5,665 nucleotides of DNA from a virus. How positions within the stretch are numbered: the first letter of the stretch is position 1; each line of letters opens with the position of its first letter. Where the stretch lies: positions 1-5,665 of the IMG/VR virus record IMGVR_UViG_3300045988_004551. One strand, written 5' to 3'. The notes under the pieces were generated by a model. That model was not told the origin of the DNA, did not search any database, and saw only the letters and a list, made by a program, of their open reading frames with translations. Both the position numbers and the translations under genes were made by a program. This document shows positions 1 through 5,335 of this stretch, piece by piece.

Positions 1-99
1 AAGTAACTTCAGGGAAACCGCAACAGCAAAGGCCACCGAAGCCGGAGAGACCGTGAGGCGCACATACCTCTGGGAACTCAACGAGAAAGGCGAAAAGGT
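1..99. repeat. Left copy of an exact 99-nt terminal direct repeat (circular genome linearised with overlap)
   Basis: 1-99 (aagtaacttcaggg...gcgaaaaggt) is identical to 5567-5665. Confidence 0.98.
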
Positions 100-463
100 G
101 CTGACGCTTGAACAGGTCATCGACCAGCAGGCGGAAATCGACAGCTATATGGAAGAGACCAAGCTGGAAAACATCATCCGGAGGGCATCCATCGACCCTG
201 ACCTTGCGGCCAGACTGATGCCGGACATGGGTGGCGGACTTCAGGATGCAACCAATATGCCGGAGAATCTGATGGAGCTTCAGAACATCATGCTGCAGGC
301 CGAGCAAATCTGGAATAAAATCCCAAAAGAAATAAAGCTCAAGTTTGACAATGACGTCGATAAATTCGTGGCAAGCTTCGGAACTATCGACTGGGCAAAA
401 AATCTGGGCATTTATCAAGAAAATCCGCCTGAAGAGCCTAAAAAGGAGGAAGCCACTGAATGA
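1..463 (+). CDS. VP3: VP3 internal scaffolding protein, gokushovirus type (3' portion; 5' end lies across the circular junction)
   Basis: Frame is open from position 2 through the TGA at 461-463. Joined to 5550-5566 it reads MAYRSVSNFRETATAKATEAGETVRRTYLWELNEKGEK..., 159 aa. Size, position directly before VP1 and a 4-nt ATGA overlap with VP1 fit VP3. Confidence 0.85.
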   Translation, partial: SNFRETATAKATEAGETVRRTYLWELNEKGEKVLTLEQVIDQQAEIDSYMEETKLENIIRRASIDPDLAARLMPDMGGGLQDATNMPENLMELQNIMLQAEQIWNKIPKEIKLKFDNDVDKFVASFGTIDWAKNLGIYQENPPEEPKKEEATE

Positions 464-2124
464 ACAGAAACAAAGACGCAGGGTTTAACCAGGTCCCGAG
501 ACTGGACATTACAAGAAGTCGCTTCAAACGACCACAGGACGTCAAGCTAACAATGAACGCGGGCCAACTCATTCCGTTCTATGTGGACGAAGTGCTCCCG
601 GGCGACACCTTCAGCATCGACCAAGCAGCAATTATCCGTATGACAACGCCTATCTTCCCGGTTATGGACAACTGCCACATGGATATTTACTACTTCAACG
701 TACCGTGCCGTATCATCTGGGACCATTTCAAACGATTTATGGGCGAAAACGATGCCGGGCCGTGGGCGCAGACTCAGGAATACACCATCCCACAGATCAA
801 AGTAACTGGCACAGCTGACAAACCAGCACCGTACGAAGGAAGCATCATGGACTACATGGGCATTCCTACCAAGGTGAGCAAAGGAGCTGATAGTGAATTC
901 AGCATTAATGCGCTGCCATTCAGAGCCTACGCTATGATTTGGCAGGAGTGGTTCCGAGACCAAAACGTGGACAATCCGGCCATCAACAGCACCGCAGACG
1001 CAACCGTAAACTATACGGACGATGAAACCAAGGGCATGGACGCGGAAACGCCGGATTTAGAGTACATTCTTCAAAACGCATACACCGGAGGCAGACCGCT
1101 GCCGGTGAATAAGTACCACGACTACTTCACATCGGCTTTGCCGAATCCTCAGAAAGCGGGAGAACCGGTAAAAGTCCCACTGAGCGGTACAGCCGACATA
1201 TCAGTATACGAAGACAGAGATTTAACGAAACTGGCAAACCTGAATGGAAACTACAGCTGGCCAGGCCCAATGTCGTACCAATACGACAGCAAATACAATG
1301 GAAGATCTATAAGCATGGCATCGGGAGATAACATGCACTTCCTGGGCGCAAACCTGGGAGAAGCATCGGCAACAACCATCAATCAGCTGCGGCAGGCATT
1401 CCAGGTACAGAAGTACTATGAACAGCTGTCACGAGGCGGCAGCCGCTACCGCGAGATGATTTATTCGCTATTTCACACCAGAATCAGCGATAAGACAGTA
1501 CAAATTCCCGAGTATCTGGGTGGCAAGCGCATTACAATCAACATGAGTCAGGTTATCCAGACCAGTGGAACGACACAGGAAAGTCCGCAGGGCAACGCAG
1601 CGGCAATAAGCGTTACGCCATTCAATGGCAGCATGTTCACGAAAAGCTTCGAAGAGCACGGCTATGTTATCGGCGTGTGCTGCATCCGGCATGACCATAC
1701 CTACCAGCAGGGCTTGGAGCGCATGTGGAGCCGCAAGACTAATCTGGACTTCTATTATCCTGTCTTCGCAAATCTGGGCGAGCAGGCAGTTCTGAAGAAG
1801 GAGCTGTATCTCACTGGCACGGAAACTGATGAGCAGGCATTCGGCTATCAGGAAGCATGGGCAGAGTACAGAATGAAGCCAAACCGTATCAGCGGCAAGT
1901 TCCGTTCGAATGCAACGGGGACGTTGGACAGCTGGCACTACGGCGACAACTACAAGGAAACTCCCAGCTTAAGCCAGGCATGGATGAAGGAAGGAGACTC
2001 CGAAATCCAGAGGACTCTGGCCGTGGACAACGAGCCTCAGTTTATCATGGATACCGTCATCTACAATACATCTGTGAGACCTATGCCTATGTACAGCATT
2101 CCGGGCCTCGTAGACCATCACTAA
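460..2124 (+). CDS. VP1: VP1 major capsid protein (Microviridae F-type), 554 aa
   Basis: Strong SD AAAGGAGGA at 442-450 before ATG 460. Gokushovirus-like sequence: [86 protein letters not shown]-terminal PGLVDHH. Confidence 0.97.
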   Translation: MNRNKDAGFNQVPRLDITRSRFKRPQDVKLTMNAGQLIPFYVDEVLPGDTFSIDQAAIIRMTTPIFPVMDNCHMDIYYFNVPCRIIWDHFKRFMGENDAGPWAQTQEYTIPQIKVTGTADKPAPYEGSIMDYMGIPTKVSKGADSEFSINALPFRAYAMIWQEWFRDQNVDNPAINSTADATVNYTDDETKGMDAETPDLEYILQNAYTGGRPLPVNKYHDYFTSALPNPQKAGEPVKVPLSGTADISVYEDRDLTKLANLNGNYSWPGPMSYQYDSKYNGRSISMASGDNMHFLGANLGEASATTINQLRQAFQVQKYYEQLSRGGSRYREMIYSLFHTRISDKTVQIPEYLGGKRITINMSQVIQTSGTTQESPQGNAAAISVTPFNGSMFTKSFEEHGYVIGVCCIRHDHTYQQGLERMWSRKTNLDFYYPVFANLGEQAVLKKELYLTGTETDEQAFGYQEAWAEYRMKPNRISGKFRSNATGTLDSWHYGDNYKETPSLSQAWMKEGDSEIQRTLAVDNEPQFIMDTVIYNTSVRPMPMYSIPGLVDHH

Positions 2125-2134
2125 GAAAGGGGGA

Positions 2135-2165
2135 AGCCCGGGGCAAAACCCCGGGCTATTTTATT
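2135..2165 (+). terminator. 9-bp GC-rich hairpin plus T-rich tail between VP1 and VP2
   Basis: AGCCCGGGG (2135-2143), loop CAAAA (2144-2148), CCCCGGGCT (2149-2157), then ATTTTATT; 10 nt after the VP1 stop codon. Confidence 0.7.
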
Positions 2166-2972
2166 ATGGCGTTAGCAGCAATCGGCAGCGCACTACTCGG
2201 AATCGGCAAACAACTACTCCCAACAATCGCCGGAGGACTCATAAACAAGTTCCTGGGTGGAAACCTAATGGAAAGCAATGGAGGGAGCAGTCAGCACAAC
2301 GAAAGCTCGAGCCAAGGAGGCGGATACAGCAGCGCCGCCAGCGGCGTAAACCGAGAACAGAACCTGCAAGACTGGAACAGTATGCTAGGGGCAATTCAAA
2401 GCAATATGCAAAGCCAGCAGAAGTTTAACCGTAAAAGCATGTTCGAGCAAATGGGCTATAACACCATGGCGGCAATCACTCAGGGTGTGTATAACCAGAT
2501 AAGCAACAACGCAGCAATGGCCTACAACAGCGCAGAAGCAGCCAAAAACAGAGCTTGGCAAGAACAAATGAGCAGCACAGCTTATCAGCGAGCCGTGGAA
2601 GATATGCGAAAAGCAGGCATCAACCCTATCTTAGCATACCAACAGGGCGGAGCAAGCACTCCAGGAGGCGCACAAGCCACTATCAGCGGAGCAAGCATGG
2701 GACTCGCAAGCAGCAGTGCGGCGACAGCAAGCGCTCTCGGAGTAAGCCAGAACCACAACAACACATGGAGCAAAAGCGAAAGCAACTGGTACAACGCAGC
2801 ACAAGCAGTTGGAGACGCCACAAGCTGGTCACACACAAGCGCAGACAAAGCGTTAAAGGCGTTCGAAAACGTTCTGGGCCAGCTGGGAAACCTCACAAAC
2901 GACAATCCCAAAGGCAGTTCAACGAAAGACAAAGACGGCTTTGGAGGAAGCAAAGGAGGCAAATTCAAATAA
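2166..2972 (+). CDS. VP2: VP2 DNA pilot / minor capsid protein, 268 aa (start trimmed from supplied ORF 1857-2972)
   Basis: ATG at 2166 in the same frame gives [32 protein letters not shown]..., a hydrophobic/glycine-rich N-terminus followed by a Q/A/S/N-rich body with [23 protein letters not shown], as in gokushovirus VP2. The upstream part of the ORF is an alternative frame inside VP1. Confidence 0.92.
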   Translation: MALAAIGSALLGIGKQLLPTIAGGLINKFLGGNLMESNGGSSQHNESSSQGGGYSSAASGVNREQNLQDWNSMLGAIQSNMQSQQKFNRKSMFEQMGYNTMAAITQGVYNQISNNAAMAYNSAEAAKNRAWQEQMSSTAYQRAVEDMRKAGINPILAYQQGGASTPGGAQATISGASMGLASSSAATASALGVSQNHNNTWSKSESNWYNAAQAVGDATSWSHTSADKALKAFENVLGQLGNLTNDNPKGSSTKDKDGFGGSKGGKFK

Positions 2973-3992
2973 ATGGGATGCAATAAACCGCTAATCCGGT
3001 TTTATGTACCTCATGACAGAGAAGCGAGTGGGCGAGTGTACTCACTCGCTTCTTTTAACGAGATACACAAGACCAAAATGACATACGAAGACCTGATGTA
3101 TCGCAAAGATGTAATGATGATACCATGCGGACAATGCACAGGATGCAAACTACGCAAACGCAAAGACTGGGCCACACGAATGGAGCTGGAAGCATACAGC
3201 CACGAAAAGGAAAGCATCTGGTTTATCACACTAACCTATGATGACGACCATGTACCAACACAAGACACAGAAACAGGGGAAATCTTCAAGGGAGGCATAA
3301 ACGTCTGGAAAGGCACCTCAGAGCGTCCCAGAACGGTGCAAACTTTAAGCGTGGAGGATGTCCAACTATTCATGAAAAGGCTTAGAAAGGCCGTCAGCGG
3401 GCCTCTCAGGTACTTTCTAGCCGGAGAGTATGGAGACAACACCTCAAGACCGCACTATCACATGATACTATACGGATGGAATCCAGACGACTTAAAACCA
3501 ATTCACAAACTGTCAAGATTTGGACACTACACGAGCAATAAGCTGGTCAGAATCTGGGGACAAGGCACGGTCGATATAGCTCAAGCAACACCAGAAACAT
3601 ATAACTATGTAGCTGGATACGTGACCAAGAAACTATACGGAAACGACAAGGACAGGTATAAAAAAATGGGACTCATACCTCCATTCTGCGTGATGAGCCG
3701 AAAGCCAGGACTCGGGGACGAATGGTTTCAAAAGAATCAAGAAAGGCTATGGCAGCTTGGATACATCCAGCTGACAAACGGCAAGAGAGCAGCCATTCCA
3801 GAATATTATTGGCGAAAGCTGGAAGCTGAAAATCCTGAAAAAGCGTGGAGAATCAAGCGGTATCGACAAGAAAAAGCCATTGCGTCCCTAATCGAAAGAA
3901 ACATGGAAACTGACAAACAGTATGCCGAACAACTGGCCGATAAAGAAGCAGTCATGAAGAAGAAGATGTCCAAAGCAAAGGGCGTTTTTTAG
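2973..3992 (+). CDS. VP4: VP4 replication initiation protein (HUH/rolling-circle endonuclease), 339 aa
   Basis: Motif I-like WFITLTYDD, HUH-like RPHYHMILYG, tyrosine motif TYNYVAGYVTKKLYG, and the N-terminal PCGQCTGCKLRKRKDWATRMELEA block typical of the family. Starts directly after the VP2 stop; SD AAAGGAGG at 2952-2959. Confidence 0.96.
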   Translation: MGCNKPLIRFYVPHDREASGRVYSLASFNEIHKTKMTYEDLMYRKDVMMIPCGQCTGCKLRKRKDWATRMELEAYSHEKESIWFITLTYDDDHVPTQDTETGEIFKGGINVWKGTSERPRTVQTLSVEDVQLFMKRLRKAVSGPLRYFLAGEYGDNTSRPHYHMILYGWNPDDLKPIHKLSRFGHYTSNKLVRIWGQGTVDIAQATPETYNYVAGYVTKKLYGNDKDRYKKMGLIPPFCVMSRKPGLGDEWFQKNQERLWQLGYIQLTNGKRAAIPEYYWRKLEAENPEKAWRIKRYRQEKAIASLIERNMETDKQYAEQLADKEAVMKKKMSKAKGVF

Positions 3993-4001
3993 CTCTGGTG
4001 T

Positions 4002-4060
4002 CACTCAGCCAAGTAACTATCAAGTATATATACTTGGCTGAGTGTTTTTTAGTTTTTTTA
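4002..4060 (+). terminator. Intrinsic terminator downstream of VP4
   Basis: 14-bp perfect stem CACTCAGCCAAGTA (4002-4015) / TACTTGGCTGAGTG (4031-4044), followed by TTTTTTAGTTTTTTT. Confidence 0.88.
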
Positions 4061-4063
4061 TCA

Positions 4064-4104
4064 GCGCGCGCGCACGCGCACGTAATCGCGCACGTACACG
4101 CACG
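4064..4104. other. Alternating purine-pyrimidine (Z-DNA-prone) tract
   Basis: gcgcgcgcgcacgcgcacgta (4064-4084) and cgcgcacgtacacgcacg (4087-4104), two uninterrupted alternating runs of 21 and 18 nt. Confidence 0.6.
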
Positions 4105-4159
4105 ATTTTTATTATATTATTATTTACTTGTTGTAGTCGTAGTAGTAGGGAGTGTTGAA

Positions 4160-4243
4160 ATGTTGAATACTATGAATTTTTATCCGTGGAACGATATTTT
4201 GTGGTTAATTTTGATGTTGATACTTTTGTGGATAACTTGTTGA
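4160..4243 (+). CDS. Possible 27-aa single-TM microprotein
   Basis: ATG 4160, MLNTMNFYPWNDILWLILMLILLWITC, TGA stop. GGAG at 4149-4152 with 7-nt spacing. Confidence 0.35.
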   Translation: MLNTMNFYPWNDILWLILMLILLWITC

Positions 4244-4264
4244 ATTGTTGAAAGTGTAGCAATA

Positions 4265-4284
4265 TGCACAAAACCATTTGTGCA
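4265..4284. repeat. 8-bp perfect inverted repeat
   Basis: TGCACAAA (4265-4272), loop ACCA, TTTGTGCA (4277-4284); followed by ACTTTTTG. Confidence 0.75.
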
Positions 4285-4344
4285 ACTTTTTGTGGAAAAC
4301 CTGTTGAAAGTGTTGAAAGTGTTGAAAATGTAATTAGAGGCAGC

Positions 4345-4410
4345 TCGGCAGCTGGCCGAAAGGTTACGTCATGCTCTTCGTACGGCGCACCGCGCCTAGC
4401 GCATGACCTT
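4345..4410. repeat. GC-rich tandem foldback structure (candidate origin or ssDNA structural element)
   Basis: Hairpin A: TCGGC(AGCTG)GCCGA, 4345-4359. Hairpin B: AAGG/CCTT and TCATGC/GCATGA enclosing GGCGC(ACC)GCGCC, 4360-4410. Confidence 0.55.
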
Positions 4411-4446
4411 CAATGCAAAATTCTTCTAACTTTTTTTAAAAAAATC

Positions 4447-4475
4447 TTGACTTTTTTCTAAAAATATGGTACAAT
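4447..4475 (+). promoter_or_regulatory. Sigma70-type promoter P1
   Basis: -35 TTGACT (4447-4452), 17-nt spacer, extended -10 TGG-TACAAT (4467-4475). A/T-rich upstream tract TTTTTTTAAAAAAA at 4431-4444. Confidence 0.82.
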
Positions 4476-4503
4476 AAAATCACAGAAAGGAAAGGTGAAC
4501 ACC

Positions 4504-4689
4504 ATGCTGCACTTCTATGAAATCCGAAAACTTGACAAGAACGGTGAACCACACATCGTCCGAAAGCTCACAACAGAGCCAAAGATAGCAAAACAGGAGT
4601 TAAAAAAATACGCAGAAGAGAATCCGGGAGTTTATTCACTGTATCAAATTCACCAAGTAGCAGCATATTTTACGATAAAGGAGGATTGA
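4504..4689 (+). CDS. Small protein of unknown function, 61 aa
   Basis: ATG 4504 (rather than GTG 4495) with AAAGGTG 4491-4497 upstream: MLHFYEIRKLDKNGEPHIVRKLTTEPKIAKQELKKYAEENPGVYSLYQIHQVAAYFTIKED. First ORF after P1. Confidence 0.72.
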   Translation: MLHFYEIRKLDKNGEPHIVRKLTTEPKIAKQELKKYAEENPGVYSLYQIHQVAAYFTIKED

Positions 4690-4706
4690 AAAAAAACCTC
4701 TTTTTT
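4677..4706 (+). terminator. Weak terminator-like structure
   Basis: Core GAGG (4681-4684) / CCTC (4697-4700), with a 12-nt A-rich loop and a T6 run (4701-4706); short stem. Confidence 0.25.
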
Positions 4707-4714
4707 GATATAAT
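4686..4714 (+). promoter_or_regulatory. Sigma70-type promoter P2, overlapping the stop codon of ORF 4504-4689
   Basis: -35 TTGAAA (4686-4691), 17-nt spacer, consensus -10 TATAAT (4709-4714). Confidence 0.75.
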
Positions 4715-4793
4715 GAAAATAATCAAACAGCACGAAAGTGTTCTTCTCAAATCCATTTATACAAAAATAACTTTACGAAAGAGGTGAATTGCC

Positions 4794-4898
4794 CTGACTC
4801 TCCAAGAAATCAAAATGCTGTTTGAAAACATCCAAAAAATCCTGGCAATGCTGGACAAAATTTACCATGCAGTGACAGGCAACGAACCGGAGGCTTAA
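4794..4898 (+). CDS. Possible 34-aa microprotein with a non-canonical start (CTG, or ATT 4788)
   Basis: GAGGTG SD at 4781-4786, 7 nt before CTG 4794. Reads (M)TLQEIKMLFENIQKILAMLDKIYHAVTGNEPEA, stop TAA 4896-4898, one nt before the next ATG at 4900. Confidence 0.42.
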   Translation: MTLQEIKMLFENIQKILAMLDKIYHAVTGNEPEA

Positions 4899-4899
4899 C

Positions 4900-5127
4900 A
4901 TGGAGAAAAAACTGTGGAATGCAAGAGACCAGACCGACGAGAACCTTATGCGGGAACTGACAAAGACCTACAAGGCAATAGATGCCGCGTACAAAATGGT
5001 GCGACAGGCCGCAAACATCGAAGACGCAAAGTATTATATTGACATTGCGTTTAAGAAAAAAGCATTCGCCAGTAACATTGAGGTGGAAATCCTCAGAAGG
5101 GACATCAACCATGGCAAAGAGGAGTAA
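4900..5127 (+). CDS. Small protein of unknown function, 75 aa, predicted largely helical
   Basis: SD GGAGG 4889-4893, 6-nt spacing, ATG 4900: MEKKLWNARDQTDENLMRELTKTYKAIDAAYKMVRQAANIEDAKYYIDIAFKKKAFASNIEVEILRRDINHGKEE. Confidence 0.8.
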   Translation: MEKKLWNARDQTDENLMRELTKTYKAIDAAYKMVRQAANIEDAKYYIDIAFKKKAFASNIEVEILRRDINHGKEE

Positions 5128-5230
5128 AGTTCGCAAATCCAAAGACGCGAAAATCTATAACAAGACCGCTCGAAAGACAAAGGCTATCAATCTGGGAAGC
5201 GGAGCGATGAGAGGAGGAATCCGGCTATGA
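5111..5230 (+). CDS. 39-aa very basic microprotein, probable small DNA-binding/packaging protein
   Basis: MAKRSKVRKSKDAKIYNKTARKTKAINLGSGAMRGGIRL; AAGGG 5097-5101, 9 nt before ATG 5111. Size, charge and C-terminal MRGG-R- ending resemble small basic gokushovirus ORFs. Supplied ORF 4982-5230 is the overextended version. Confidence 0.75.
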   Translation: MAKRSKVRKSKDAKIYNKTARKTKAINLGSGAMRGGIRL

Positions 5231-5325
5231 GCGCAGTATACACAGGAGTAACAGTGGCATGCCTCGCAGCAGGCCTTGTCTTCATCGTATTCGCAATCGA
5301 CATCATCAAAGAATGGTTCAAATAA
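5227..5325 (+). CDS. 32-aa single-transmembrane microprotein (not in the supplied ORF list)
   Basis: ATGA overlap with the preceding stop; SD GAGGAGG 5211-5217, 9-nt spacing. MSAVYTGVTVACLAAGLVFIVFAIDIIKEWFK, TAA 5323-5325. Confidence 0.72.
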   Translation: MSAVYTGVTVACLAAGLVFIVFAIDIIKEWFK

Positions 5326-5335
5326 GGAGAGCAGC

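Larger units (their letters stand above)
4154..4329 (+). repeat. Seven GTTGAA-core direct repeats (iteron-like)
   Basis: GTTGAA at 4154, 4162, 4239, 4247, 4303, 4312 and 4321. The last three are a 9-nt tandem array, GTTGAAAGT GTTGAAAGT GTTGAAAAT. Confidence 0.75.

Noticed and set aside
547-963. 138-aa minus-strand ORF inside VP1
   Set aside because: Antisense to strongly supported capsid sequence, no recognisable family; all supported genes are on the + strand.
1468-1938. 156-aa minus-strand ORF inside VP1
   Set aside because: Antisense shadow of the capsid gene; Cys/Leu-rich composition with no family features.
1857-2165. N-terminal extension of the VP2 ORF (1857-2165)
   Set aside because: Overlaps the VP1 3' end in another frame and crosses the hairpin; VP2-like sequence begins only at ATG 2166.
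2385-2567. 60-aa minus-strand ORF in VP2
   Set aside because: Short antisense frame in a stop-poor region, no support.
2585-2983. 132-aa minus-strand ORF in VP2
   Set aside because: Complement of repetitive Q/A/S-rich VP2 codons, giving a low-complexity L/A/P-rich product; compositional artefact.
3011-3442. Minus-strand ORFs 3011-3229 and 3236-3442 in VP4
   Set aside because: Antisense to the replication gene, no family features.
3998-4159. Upstream part of ORF 3998-4243
   Set aside because: Translates the terminator, Z-DNA tract and simple repeats (e.g. YYYLLVVVVVVG); only the last 27 codons have an ATG and SD.
4303-4329. Possible CRISPR-like array from the GTTGAAAGT triplets
   Set aside because: 9-nt head-to-tail repeats with no spacers; iteron-like, not CRISPR.
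4345-4410. tRNA or structured riboswitch
   Set aside because: No cloverleaf, no T-arm GGTTCRANNCC-like sequence; looks like nested foldbacks upstream of the promoter, so probably not transcribed from P1.
4264-4461. 65-aa ORF (MHKTICATFCGK...)
   Set aside because: Crosses several hairpins and repeats, has no clear SD and runs into promoter P1; probably fortuitous.
4810-5142. 110-aa minus-strand ORF
   Set aside because: Antisense to the 4900-5127 gene with its SD; no independent support.
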